DNA from: Podarcis pityusensis
Lineage: Eukaryota
Length of the DNA: 64,000 bases
Assembly (NCBI GenBank): GCA_964106645.2
Contig: OZ067047.1
Strand: one strand, 5' to 3'
The number at the start of each line of letters is the position of its first letter. Within the stretch, counting starts at the first letter, position 1. Position numbers and translations under genes: made by a program. Shown here piece by piece: positions 52,146-64,000 of the stretch. The notes under the pieces were generated by a model that saw nothing but the letters and a program-made list of their open reading frames with translations, searched no databases and was not told the DNA's origin.

Positions 52146-54628
52146 AACAGACGTCCTAATTTCACTCTATCTAGTCAGAAATTCTAAGCTCTTTTAAATT
52201 CAAGGGGTGATTATCAAAGCAATTAACAGATGTTGGGGTAGTTTGAAATACACATAGTTTACTGGAAAACATAAAGCAAATAAACAGACTAGCCTCAGAA
52301 GATAATCCCAAACTTCTTATACTATCATTTAAACAAAAAACACCCAGATATAATTCATACAAAAATATATCCAAGTTACAGACAGCTGGTATTAATAAAG
52401 CAATTAAAGTGAAATGAGAAATAACCTTTCTTATTGCTCCGCCAGACTGAAGCAGGAAGCAAAACTAACCAGTGAGTAATAATGACATTTCAGTACCTCT
52501 AGGCGAGACAAAGTAAAACCATCATTGCTCTCTGCACCAAATGATGCCTTACCTGAAAGCACAAAACCTATAAGGACATCAAAATTTAACCATCATTTTG
52601 TTGCCTTCCATGAATTGAAAATAAATCCTAAATCTGCCAGTATGAATTCTCTGCTCTGAGCAGCACCCCACTTCTGTTCTGAATCAATGAAATACCTAGG
52701 CTAGCATTTACCAAAATCACCTACCCACGGTCAAAAAGCAGTCTGAGGTATAAAAGGGTTTTTGCAAGGTGCAATTGATTACTCACCAGGTGATAAAACT
52801 CCTACCACCTAAGCACACTGTGTTGTGTTGCTATGCCAGCCTCCTCCCAAGCAAAGTGAAGAGTGCAGAAATCCTGATGGAGACTATTTTCATAAGGTGT
52901 GGGGTGGGGAGAGGCACTGTTGTCGTACCATGGGAAGCAGAAGAAGACTAGCTCCAGGCAACAGATGACTGTTTCAGTTATTACTTGAACAGGAGGAGCA
53001 GCACTGATAGAGATGACTCAGTTACCAACCTAGAGCTATTTGTCAGAACTAGCGGACTTATGTCCTACTTTACAGAGGATGGCCCTCTATTTGAAGGGCT
53101 GTCTAGTCTACATCTGGTTTTAAAATAAAGAGCCCTCAGACTGGGGAGCAGGGGCCTTAGCATTTGCCCTTGGACAACAGTGAGAACTTGGATAGCAAGA
53201 CTGAGCAGATCAGCTACATAGTCTTCCATATGATGGTGTGTTTCTATTTAATTATTTTCTAATTTTGCATCTTCTACATATAAATTGGAATATGTAAATT
53301 ATATAAAAATCATCTATCGCCTTCCCTTTTGGGTGATGAATTTCCTTTTTGGTGATGCACTGTGGCCATCCCCGTCTTAAAAAAGAAGATGCCATGTTTG
53401 TGACATCAGTTTACCTTATTGCACAAACATACTAGCTCTTTTGCTGCCCTTTTACTTAATACTATGGGCCCTGGGCCTCATCAGTTAGTTCTGGAACCAC
53501 ATGGTAGTAGGAGGTAAAACATGAGGGTTTTTTTACTACATTCTGCCATTTTACTGTATATAGCTGTATGAATCAAGGCCACTCTGCTATTAGCTTACCA
53601 ATACTGCTGCTTTCATCCTTGCTGTAAACCAGAGCCTTCCAAACTGTGTGTCACAACATGTTAGTATGTTGGCTGCAGTGTGTAGGTGTGTCACACAAAC
53701 GCTCCCTGCACTCCTCCTGGGGCTAGGAATAAGTACAATTTATGTAAGTGCTGGAGACGGGGGTGGCATCACACAAAAGGTTGGGGGCAGAATTGTGCCT
53801 GCACAAAAAGGATGAATTACTCCTATAGGATCCCATGTCAGTGGCCTTGTACCATCCACATCAAGTGCAGCTGTTCAGCATAAGGGCTACTAAGGTCCGG
53901 TCCCAGCACCAGTGAAAAAAGACAAGTTGAGGTAGCACCAGTGACAGAACATTCCCTTTGAACTGATAAGCTACTGGTTCAACGCAGATATGGAACAATT
54001 TAATGTTCAGAAGGAGTTTTCAGATTTTGGTTTGTAGCCTACCTTGACTTCATCTGCAGTAGTAGCTTGGTGGATCACAAGTTTCATAGGCCTCAAGCTC
54101 TCCAGGTTTCACATGGTATAAAAAGGCACCAGTTGTTACTCGGGGTAATTAAGAAAGTCATTTCTAGTGTGCTGAATGCAAAACGGGCTCCCTCGGGTCT
54201 TCTGCAGCAGAACCTTTAACAAAGGCTTCCTTTTGGATTGCTAATTAGGCAGTGGAGTTAAACTGGTGGTAAAACCAAAATAAATAAACCCTAAAGAATT
54301 CCAATTAAGCAGTGTGGCTAGAATCCTTTCTCATATTAACCGTTTGAGATTCTTGCTCTCTTGATTATTTGACAGTTCTCCTGTTGTCATGGAAGTCTTG
54401 CTGAGCAGAACAATTTCTACTTATGTGAAAAAGTACCTTTTTAAAACCTTTTTCATAGGACATATGGATATGCCTCTTCTGTTCTTTAACTCCCCCCACC
54501 CCATTAAAATGGCTTTTTTTTTTTACAGAGTGGCTAGTCATGCTGCAAGGGGCACCCATCTTCTTAATTTATATATAGTCCAGGTTTGTGATTCACCCTC
54601 TTAAAATCAGCCTGCGTTTGAAAATATA

Positions 54629-55083
54629 CCGTATTTTTCGTCCCATAGGACGCTCCGTCCCATAGGACGCACCTAATTTTTTTGGGGGGGGGGGAATAAA
54701 GGAAAAAAATTTTTCCTTTATTTCCCCCCCAAAACCAGGTCGGGGAACAGCGGGATGGCGGCGCTGCGCCTCCCCGCTGTCCCCCGAGCTTGTGGGGCTG
54801 GCCGATGTCTGCCCGGCGCGCAGGGTGCTCTGCTTCAGGGCATCCCGCGCGCCGGGCGGCAGGCTGCTATCCGCAGCCTAGGGAGCCCTGCGGGAACTCC
54901 CGCGGGCTCCCCAGGCTTGCTGATAGCTTCCTGAAGCGTGGAGAGCGAGAGGGGTCGGTGCGCACCGACCCCTCTCGCTCTCCAAGCTTCAGCGAAAGCC
55001 TGTATTCACCCCATAGGACGCACACAGATTTCCCCTTCATTTTTGGAAGGGAAAAAGTGCGTCCTATAGGGCAAAAAATACGG
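54629..55083. mobile_element. Tc2-like MITE, GC-rich, with three internal hairpins
   Basis: TA|CCGTATTTTTCG...AAAAATACGG|TA; inverted relative to the 61437 copy. Confidence 0.9.
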
Positions 55084-57059
55084 TACATCATATACAAAAT
55101 ATATGTAAATTTGTGGTCATCGTGGGCCTGTGCCTGAAGTCCCTTAAGTATTTCACAATGCCCCCTGACTGCTGGAGAGAATTATCAGCTGATTTTTTTT
55201 ATTTTACTTTTGGAGACCCTTTGGGAAATGCTTAGCTTGTTGGGGGGAAACTGAACACCAATCATTACTTCTTCCTTTCCCTTCTACAGTATTTCTTTTG
55301 ATGTGTAGGCTGAGTGAAGACCACGCTGGGCCTTAGGTCTCGCTTTTTTCCCTTCCCACTTCCTTGCATAGTTACTCAGCATGCCTTCAGGTACAGCCAG
55401 CTTCAGGGAGTTCATGCAGAGAAGGGAGCGGCCTCTGTGCTTTGCCCCAGGAAAGGGAGCTAACAGTTGATCCTGATAACATTACAATGACTTCACTGCT
55501 TGGCACGATCCAGCTGGGAAGAGGGGTGCCAGCAGCAATCATACTAACAGCAATTTTCCTCCAAGTGAGTGCAGAAAACATAATCCAAGAATTGCAGAGA
55601 GAAGGCACTTGAGGGGGCAGAGAATCAGAGGAGACCTGTCATTTCTTCTCCTACCCAAATGCTTCTCTGTTCTCTACCTCCCAAAAGCTCTGGGTCTCCC
55701 AAAGTGTGCTGTAGATTACAGGCATGCCTTGTTTCAAGTTGTTATATATTTCTAAAAAGAATGTATTGTTTTCATTTATAACTGAGTCCCTGGAGGACAG
55801 CTGTGGGAGGTCACTCAAAACCTTTCACCTTTTGTACTCTTAAATTAGTTCAACCCAGCTCCTCTATCTTAGCATGGAAAAAGTCTACAGACATGGTGGC
55901 TGGGTCAAGGCTGTCCTGGCAAAAGTGGATAAACACATAGCTTGGCATAGAAGCATATAATTTGTGCTAAATATCCTACTTCATAATTGGATTTTTGTGC
56001 ATTCAAAGCTTGCTTCCAACTTTTTTCCTTCTGCAGTAGTTCCCAAGCTGCAAAACCCTACATAAAGAGGAAAGAGGTGAATTTACTCTCTCAAGTCACA
56101 AGGTTGCTTTTAAAAATGCTTTTACAGCCTCAACTTGTTCAAGATGCCCTTTGACTCACAGTGAACATTGTGCAATTAATTCCGAGAGACATGGAACGAC
56201 AAGTCCTACACCTCAGCTCCTCTAGGGACATGTTTCCAAAGAGGCGCAGACACCTGATATGACCTTTATATATTTGATGTCTTCTGTCGTGCCACACCAT
56301 CAAATGAGCAGGTGCACTTACATGCCAGAGCATTTCATACTTTTCCTGAAGGGAGATAACCACATATAGTAAAATACATGATGACTGCATTGTGTGAAGT
56401 GCAGGAAGTATCTGTTTCACAAAGATACATTTTGGGCATCCTTGTGGCAAAGGAAGAATTTGTGGCCCCATTCACACATTGCAGTAAATGTGTATCATCT
56501 AACTGGAGAATACTCCATTGCAGATAATTTGTAATGTATGACTTGTAAATAGTATTTTATTGCCTTCCTTCACCATCTCTTTAGTATTCCAAAAAGTGCA
56601 ATGGTGTCTTCTCCAACATGCAAACTACAGACTGTGAATATAACCCTGGCACTGTGACACAATCAGAATTTGTTTTAAAAACAATCACAAAGCAAACATC
56701 CACATGACTTCTTAAAAACAAAAATTTTAAGTGTGGATAAATGTAAGTGCAAGTTCCATAAAAAGAGATATACACAATGAAATATAGTTTGAACTTTGCA
56801 AAACAGGCATGTTCCTGTTAGGAAATCCCCCCCCCCTCCAGGAATCTAAGGGAAACCTAGTCTCTCACTGGTGAAGTTAGGGAATTTTTGGCTCTAGGCT
56901 TAAGGCCTTATCTCTTTCCTCTCTTTAGATTGCATTTTGTATTACTTCTTTACTTTAAACTGTGGAAAGCCAGCTCTGCTATAATTCCCAGTCCTCTGAG
57001 TCATTCTACTAAGTGCAGCCCTAGTTAAAATATGCAACTTGCCTTTAAGATCAGACTCT

Positions 57060-57540
57060 GTACCTGAGGACTAGTAAGTGGCCAATTTTTAAAAAGGGAT
57101 CCGGGGGGAGATCCTGGAAATGAGAGGCATGTAAGCTTAATGTCTGTTCTAGGAAAACTAGTGGAAAGCATTGTTAAAGATAAAATTGCTAGGCATACAG
57201 AAGAACAAGTCTTGCTGAAGAGGATACAGCAACTCTAATAGAGTTCTTTGGGAGTGTAAACAAGCATAAAAACAGAGGTGATCCAGTTGACGTAGCATAC
57301 TCCACTATTCAAAAAGCTATTGACAAAGTACTTCACAAGAGACTCCTAAGTAAACTTAGTGTCATGGAATAAGATAACCAGTCCTTTTGTGGACCAGGAA
57401 TCACAAGTGGGAATAGTGCTGCTGCACTTAGGTCCTGCTTTTGGGGTTCCCAGAGGTATTTGACTGGCCATTGTGAGAACAGGGTGCTGGACTAGATGGG
57501 CCACTGCTGGCCTAATCCAGCTGTGCTCTTATGTTCTTAT
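57060..57540 (+). mobile_element. CR1 LINE fragment: RT N-terminal remnant joined to the 3' tail
   Basis: Decayed PIFKKG..DPGN.R.VSL.SV.GKLVESIVKDKI..DKV.H.RLLSKL, then GGACTAGATGGGCC...CTTATGTTCTTAT. Confidence 0.8.
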
Positions 57541-59039
57541 CTATCCAGGACCTGCCCTGATGGCACCACTGCAGGCTCTCCTCCATTAATGTCTCATTAA
57601 ATTAATTCTGTTGTTTCATCTCTTAGATAGGTTTTTTTTGGTTGCCGCTGAAAATCCCCTATCCTCCAAAGAAAGGCTTATTCAGGCATGAGAACTCCTA
57701 TAATCCTTCCATTGTAGTACTTGTTTGTTTTGGCATGCTTGGTGTACCCTGACCATTTTGACATCCCTGTGTGAATGAAGGTATCTTTAAATGTCTAGAA
57801 ACTGTATTGCACAAGGCCAGCGTAGGCTAAAATAGAAGACTCAGGTGAATGTGCTTGCCAAGCCATTTGGGTTAAGAACCTTTTGTTCCTTAAGAAAACA
57901 CTGGTTCTGCTTGGCTAGATTTTAGGCCTGCTTATTATTTGTTACATTGGCATTCCACCTTTCCTCCAAAGGTCAAAGCAATGTACATCTCTCCCCATCC
58001 AATTTTATCTGCGTAACAATCCTGTGAGGTGAGTTAGACTGAAAGATAGTGACTGGATAAAGTCACCAGGGAGTTTCATGGCTGAGTGGGAATTTAAACT
58101 TGAGTCTCTCTAGTCCTAGTCTGACATCACCACTATCGCCATATTTATGTTCTCAAAACTACTGAGACCAGGCTGTTATTCAAGAGCTGAAATCTTGAAA
58201 CCAATAGCTTCATCTCACATCATTTTGCTGTTGCACAAACCAAAGTTGCTCCTTCCAATTTTTAGCAAGCCCTCTTAAGATTCCCTTGGGTGAAGGTGCA
58301 AGATGTGGGAAAGGCATTTCTGATTTTCAAAAATTTGGCTAGCAAGTCCTAGACAGAAAGGACTTTATATGTGGTGATGGTTTCGTTCCCCTCAGAGAGT
58401 CATCTTCCAACTCTACAACTCTAATGCTTTCACCTGGCTGGAATGTGTCCTTGAACTGTGATGATGCCTCTTGCTTCCTCAGGTGTGTATGTGTATACAG
58501 AAACCTCTGCCACTTACCTGAATGGAATGCAGCCCACTGTACATGGATAAGACCCATCGGTTCACCGATTTTTGCCTCGACTGCTCTGCACCCAGTGTTT
58601 TGCCTACCACTTGCATGCGGCCCCCAGAAAATTGACCATGAGTGAATGCGGAAGGTCCCCACCCCTGTTGGAATACAACAGTGTACTGCACAAGATGGGC
58701 CAAAGGACTCAGTATAAGGAAGCTTCTATTGCATCTTTAATTGAGTACTTTTCTCCCCACATTGATTTTATTTATTTATTACATTAAACATCTAACAAAT
58801 AATTTTACTTTTGAATGCTGTGGGTTATGGTTTATAGTGCTGTTGGTTTTAAGATTTCTTCTCTTATTGCTTTTCTTTCTTAATGCGACTTTCATTCACC
58901 ACGCAAGAGAGCATCAAGCTCCGTATGATGTAAATTAAAAGAAACTCCCCTCTGCCTATTGATATCAGGCAGGCGTATGCCGTTTACTCAAGCTGGTGTG
59001 GATTTTGATCTCTTCGAGTATTCTGGTATGTTTTAACGT

Positions 59040-59640
59040 GTTGCAATCCCCCCCCCCTTTTTTTTTTGCAAACGGCGCTGCAAGCGGCGTATAAATCGCG
59101 CAAAAAACAAACGAATGCAAAATAGAGAGTCGCGCCTCCCTCCTCTTCCTTCTCTGAGGGGCGAGGAAGAGCTCGCGTGTGGGGCCTCCTCCCGGCCAGG
59201 AAGATGTGCAGAGACACGCCGCTCGGAGACGAACTGCAACCGGCAAGGGCGGGAGGAGGAGAAAAAGAGGTGGGGGGGGTAAGAGAGAGAGCGCGCGCGA
59301 GAGAGAATTGCTAACTGCAGGCAGGCGGGATCTGGCTCGGCTGGAAAGGTGCCCTGAACAAAAACCCAGCGCGAGCGGGCAGGTGATGACAACATCGCCG
59401 CGCTATTTATGGCGCGTTGTGACAATCGCGGCCTTATATGGGCAAGGCGAGGGAGACCGGCGGGACGCGCGCTCTCGCCCTTGCTCCGGGAAGAGGGAGG
59501 CGCCTCGAGGGAGGGAGGCGCGCGCGCTCCCGAGCCCCGCGCCTGTCCGCCTGAGAGAAAACCCACTGACCTCGTTTCCTTGGGAAAATCCCTCTCAAAT
59601 CCAGCTGCGACGAGAGGCGCCCACCTGACTCTCACACTGT
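59040..59640. promoter_or_regulatory. Distal CpG island with CArG box (59432-59441) and TATA/MEF2-like box (59403-59412)
   Basis: Dense CpG not explained by a repeat; minus strand reads CCATATAAGG-19 nt-CCATAAATAG. Confidence 0.75.
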
Positions 59641-59645
59641 GAGTG

Positions 59646-59964
59646 TGCCGGATTTACGTATAAGCTAAACAAGCTATAGCTTCGGGCCCCACTCTCTTGG
59701 GGCTCCCCCCCCCCGAAAATTAAGGGGGGGGGAAACCTGGATGTACATTTCCAAAATATAAGATAAAAAAACAAATAAAATAAAACCTACATACGGCAAC
59801 AGTGGCAAATGGCTTTAGATACCTATTAGGTCCATAAATTACCATATGGCATATGTTCAACACAAAAAAGCGACAATTTGTTGTTGACAAAGGACAGCTG
59901 GACATATAAAGGGCCCCATTACCTTCAGTAGCTTAGGGCCTCATCAAACCTAAATCCGGCCCTG
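59646..59964. mobile_element. hAT-like MITE abutting the distal CpG island
   Basis: GCCGGATTTA ... TAAATCCGGCCCTG inverted termini. Confidence 0.7.
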
Positions 59965-61436
59965 CTCACCGACCCACCCTGTGATCACCTTTTCCCCTAC
60001 CTGGCCGCAAAGCACCACCGGATGCGCTGGCTTCGTTGATGCAACTGGATGCAGGGGTGGGGTGGGGTAGATCACCCTCTCCTTGAGGGAGAAAGAGGCT
60101 TCACCAGAAAATAATATTATTAAAAACAAACAAACAAACAAACAAAAAACCCTTAGGCCCAGATCTGGTTGCCATCAGAGATTACAACACAAAGCAAGGA
60201 AGCTGTACTTTGCTTGCACTAATGACTGCCGAAGGAAAGGGTGAGGAAGAGGCATAGATATGCCACATGCTCGCCCAGAGGTGGGCAAGGGTGGCCCTCC
60301 AGATGTTGAGGGATGCCAACGTCCATCAGACCCAGCCAGCATGGCCATCAGTCGGGGATGATGGGAGCTGTAGCCAACAATGTCTGGATGGGGCAACGGT
60401 TATGAGTTTCAAGAGTCGTCTGCCCTCCTAGTAACCCACCCAAGAACATCACAGCTCTTTGGAAAGTTTAATTTCCCAAAAGGTTGGAAAGATCGCGCAA
60501 AGTGGGTGGAGTGGGGCTGACTGGATTCCCTCAGCAGCAAGCGAAAGGCGTTTTGCATATGCTCAGAGACAGGAATATGTGTGGCATGATGGGAAAGCGC
60601 CCGACTCATTTGATAGTAGAAGTAAGTTGTCCTCTCTCAGCATCCCATCTGTAATGGGGATGATGACCCGTCTAATTTACAGGGTTGTTAAAAGATTGCT
60701 GCATAAAGATACTTAATAGTTTCCAGGTTTGAGTCCTGGCATGAAAACATATTTAGGGACAAAGCCCCAGTTCAATATAGTGTTGCAATCCATTGATGTC
60801 AGCGGGATTAACAACAAAGCCAATAGGGTCAAGAAGCCAGTTGGAAAGTCCAGCTCTTGGAATATAATGACTACTATTTCTAAACACTCCCACCTCCCTT
60901 CGAATTTTTGCCATTTACTTTTTTGGGAGATAACTGGCAAGACTCCTAGAGCTGAAAGGAGGTAGAAGGTTAGCATGTCAAACCACTCTTCCCTGAAGTC
61001 CTTTTGTATTGGGGCTCCCAACGATTGAATAACACAATTCAAAAGACTATTGCTGTTAGCCTGCCATAGCAAAGCAAAACAGCCTTAATAGCTAACAGAT
61101 TTTTAGTAGTATGAGATTTTGTAGACAAGGTCTTGCTTCATCAGATGCAATTAATGAAGTGGAATCTTGCAAGAGGAACTCCACAAGAAATCTCATGTCA
61201 TATGTTTCTAAACATGTTTCCTCAAAAGTAAGCCTCTCTGGGTTCAGGTTTAAGCAGAAGCTCCACTTTGAAAGCTGAGGAACCTGAAGAATTTGCTAGT
61301 TGTTGTTGTTTTTAAGTAAAAACACTGTTGTATTTAAGGGTAAAGACTTTCTATTGGGCAATAATGAATAGTACTGCTTATAGAAGCCCAAAGTTATTAT
61401 AACACTACCACAAGCACATAGCTTCAATAACATATA

Positions 61437-61935
61437 CCGTATTTTTGGCCCTATAGGACGCACTTGTTCCCCTCCAAAAATGAAGGGGAAATGTGTGTGC
61501 GTCCTATGGGGCGAATGCAGGCTTTCGCTGAAGCCTGGAGAGTGAGAGGGGACGGTGCGCACCGACCCCTCTTGCTCTCCAGGCTTCAGGAAGCTATCCG
61601 CAAGCCTGGGGAGCCCGCGGGAGTTCCCGCTGGGCTCCCTAGGCTTGCGGATAGCAGCCTGCATCTCGAAACCCGGGGCGCAAAGCAGAGCGCGCTCCGG
61701 GCTTCGCGCAGCTCTCCGCAAGCCATGGGAGCCTGGCGCGACTTCGCGCCGGGCTCCCACGGCTTGCGGAGAGCTGCCTGTTCTGGGGGCTGGGGTTGGG
61801 GGAAGCTCGGGCTTCCCCCGCCCCAGCCCCATGCCTGGGGGGGAGAAATAATTTCCCCCCCTTTATTCCCCCCCCCCAAAAAAATACCTAGGTGCACCCT
61901 ATGGGCCGGTGCGCCCTATGGGGCGAAAAATACGG
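61437..61935. mobile_element. Tc2-like MITE, GC-rich, with two internal hairpins
   Basis: TA|CCGTATTTTT...AAAAATACGG|TA; shares a long segment with the 54629 copy. Confidence 0.9.
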
Positions 61936-62964
61936 TAAGCTGTATTTTAAAAAACACCATAGTACTAAGCCTTAACTTGTTAGAAAATCCCTTCCTGGTC
62001 ATAAATATGACAAAGCCTGAGCATGAAGCAAAGCACATCCATCAGTTCTCTCTGCGTCCCCCTCCAAATACTAATTAGGGCACAAGTCCATTGCCAATTG
62101 ACAACTAAAACTCAACCTGCTCTGCTCCTGTTCTTTTAACAGTTTGGCATGCAGAAATCAATAGAGGATTTTCTGGGCCTGGCTCTAAAAGACTTATTGC
62201 CTGCTAATTGCTGCAGATCCCACTGCTGTTAAAGCTAGCAAGGCCAGCTCAAAACCAGGCAGCCTTACAAGTGCATCCCACCCAGTGTTTTGCCTTGAGT
62301 TGCAGAGCATATGAAGTAAAGGTTTTTTAAGGGGTGGTCCTGTTTGAAGCTGTGTGAACACATTCTGGATATGCAAGAATGAATGCCTGTGTGGCTTTGT
62401 CTATGTTATCTCGGCTCAAGCATCTCTGCAGCTGGGCAGCCACAGATCTAGTTTCCTTTTGTGTCCCCGCAGAGATGTTTACATTTAAGCTAAGGTCTGG
62501 TCAGGTAGCTTCTACATTACTCATCTGCCAGTTATGATTATGCTCCTGCAACCTTGAAATAGTATATAAACCTTGCTTCCAGCTAGTGGGGAGAGATGAC
62601 AGACATCACTGCTTTTGTATACCTCTACGGGCCTTTGCTGCTCTCATCCCACAGCTGTGAAGCACAACCTTTCAAAGCCATGCAGAAAAAATAAGTAGAC
62701 TAATAGACTAACCAAATGTTTTAAAAATGGCATCAGTGTGAGAGAAAGAATCCAAGACACTGAGTGCTGAAGCCCGTGGTAATATATACTATATAATTAA
62801 TGTCCTACTTGATAGTCTCTCTTTGGTGTTCCAGCACCTACAGCAGAGCTTAAGAAAAAAGAAATGATGTAAAAGGGTTTCTCTGAATCTCTTAAGAGTG
62901 GTTTGGAACCACTGATGTATGTCACTGAACAACAAAGAGAAAGACTTCTGTGATTGGACAGCAA

Positions 62965-63175
62965 GTTGCTGTTGTGGCGCCCTTCTTGTGGAATGCCCTC
63001 CCTTCAGATGTCAAGGAGATAAATAACTATACAACTTGTAGAAGACATCTGAAGGCGGATCTGTATGGGAAAGTTTTTAATGTTTGGTGTTTTATTATGT
63101 TTTTGTATGTGTTAGGAGACACCCAGAGTAGCTGGGGCAACCCAGTCAGATGGGCAGGGTATTAACAACAACAAT
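62965..63175 (+). mobile_element. L2-type LINE 3' end
   Basis: Encodes APFLWNALPSDVKEI..RRHLKA.LY (ORF2 C-terminus pattern) plus 3' tail. Confidence 0.75.
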
Positions 63176-64000
63176 CTCCTTTTGCAGCAGCTGAAGTACA
63201 AAAAGCCACCACTACTCTTAGTAGTACAATCTCAGGACTCAGCTATTGTGATGTGAAATGCATCTTTGCAAATAACATCAGCTGCAGAGGGCTGATAGAT
63301 AATTAAGATGAACAGAGCACAGAGTGGGGTGGTAAGTGTTAAATTCATCCATGGTGCTTGCTCTGAGATCCTGTTAATTATTAGTTCAGGTGGAATTGAC
63401 GGAACAGCTGATGGAATTCACTTTTTTTATTTTAAAGCTTGCATGTTAAACGTAGTGCTGCATTCAATGTCATGCCTCTTTCGGCCCTTACACATGTTTG
63501 GCGCTGGAAGCAAAATCTCAAAATAACCCCCTTCCCACTCATTCATTTTAATGAACCCAACCATGGAGGCTCGCTGCAGGAAAAGGGTGGAAGACTCTTC
63601 TGAAATACGCCAGAGCAATTGCTTGAGCCCCACCCTTCCCAAGATGCCAAGGTTGCCTCTAGCTACTTTGTAGGAGGGCTTCTCCACACAAGCCCAGCAC
63701 ATGCAAACAGAGCAGACAATGCCATTTCTGGTTCCCACTGCTTTAGGTTGGGTTTTGTTGTCCTAGCGGAGTAACTTTAAACCAGGGTTCCCATCCCTGA
63801 AATAATATCTGCTGCCCCCTCCCCATATTTGGTGGTGCTGATGTTGAGGGCAGCAGGAACATGAGGAAGAGTATCTGAAACTGCAGCCAATCCTATCCAG
63901 TTCTGTGGCTCAAGAATTGTCATGGGGCCCCAGTTCCTTTTTATTCCCAACCTTCACAGAAGACATTTCCTCCCCTGCCTCTCCCCAGTGTCTCTTCCTA

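Noticed and set aside
59033-59642. 200-aa and 149-aa ORFs in the distal island
   Set aside because: GC-rich artefacts on both strands with no homology signal
61296-62078. 178-204-aa ORFs (also 54790-55137)
   Set aside because: Run through GC-rich palindromic MITE sequence; no transposase motifs
42200-64000. A second protein-coding gene (e.g. TXN2, which I recall as the upstream neighbour in human)
   Set aside because: No exon with a recognisable protein sequence found in the window

Overview
Vertebrate (squamate, probably lacertid-lizard-like, judged from Sauria SINE copies) genomic DNA, not prokaryotic. The window holds the 5' part of the non-muscle myosin IIA heavy chain gene MYH9 on the minus strand. 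Seven coding exons (333+157+28+94+93+64+99 nt = codons 1-289, continuing off the left edge) have intact splice sites, including a U12-type (minor spliceosome) intron at 482-1220. A ~20 kb first intron leads to a CpG-island promoter with non-coding exon(s) at ~41.5-42.1 kb. A second, unexplained CpG island at ~59.0-59.65 kb carries a perfect CArG box and a TATA/MEF2-like box facing MYH9. The rest is intron or intergenic DNA with Sauria and other tRNA-derived SINEs, CR1/L2/L1-like fragments and many hAT- and Tc2-like MITEs. Almost all ORFs in the supplied track are spurious. Best leads: the distal SRF-type promoter with a possible shared 63-nt 5'UTR exon, a candidate 24-nt loop-1 microexon, perfect MITE-derived hairpins and a nested inverted SINE pair in intron 2. 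No CRISPR, tRNA or rRNA genes or prokaryotic systems are supported. Comparisons to human and other sequences are from memory, not database searches.
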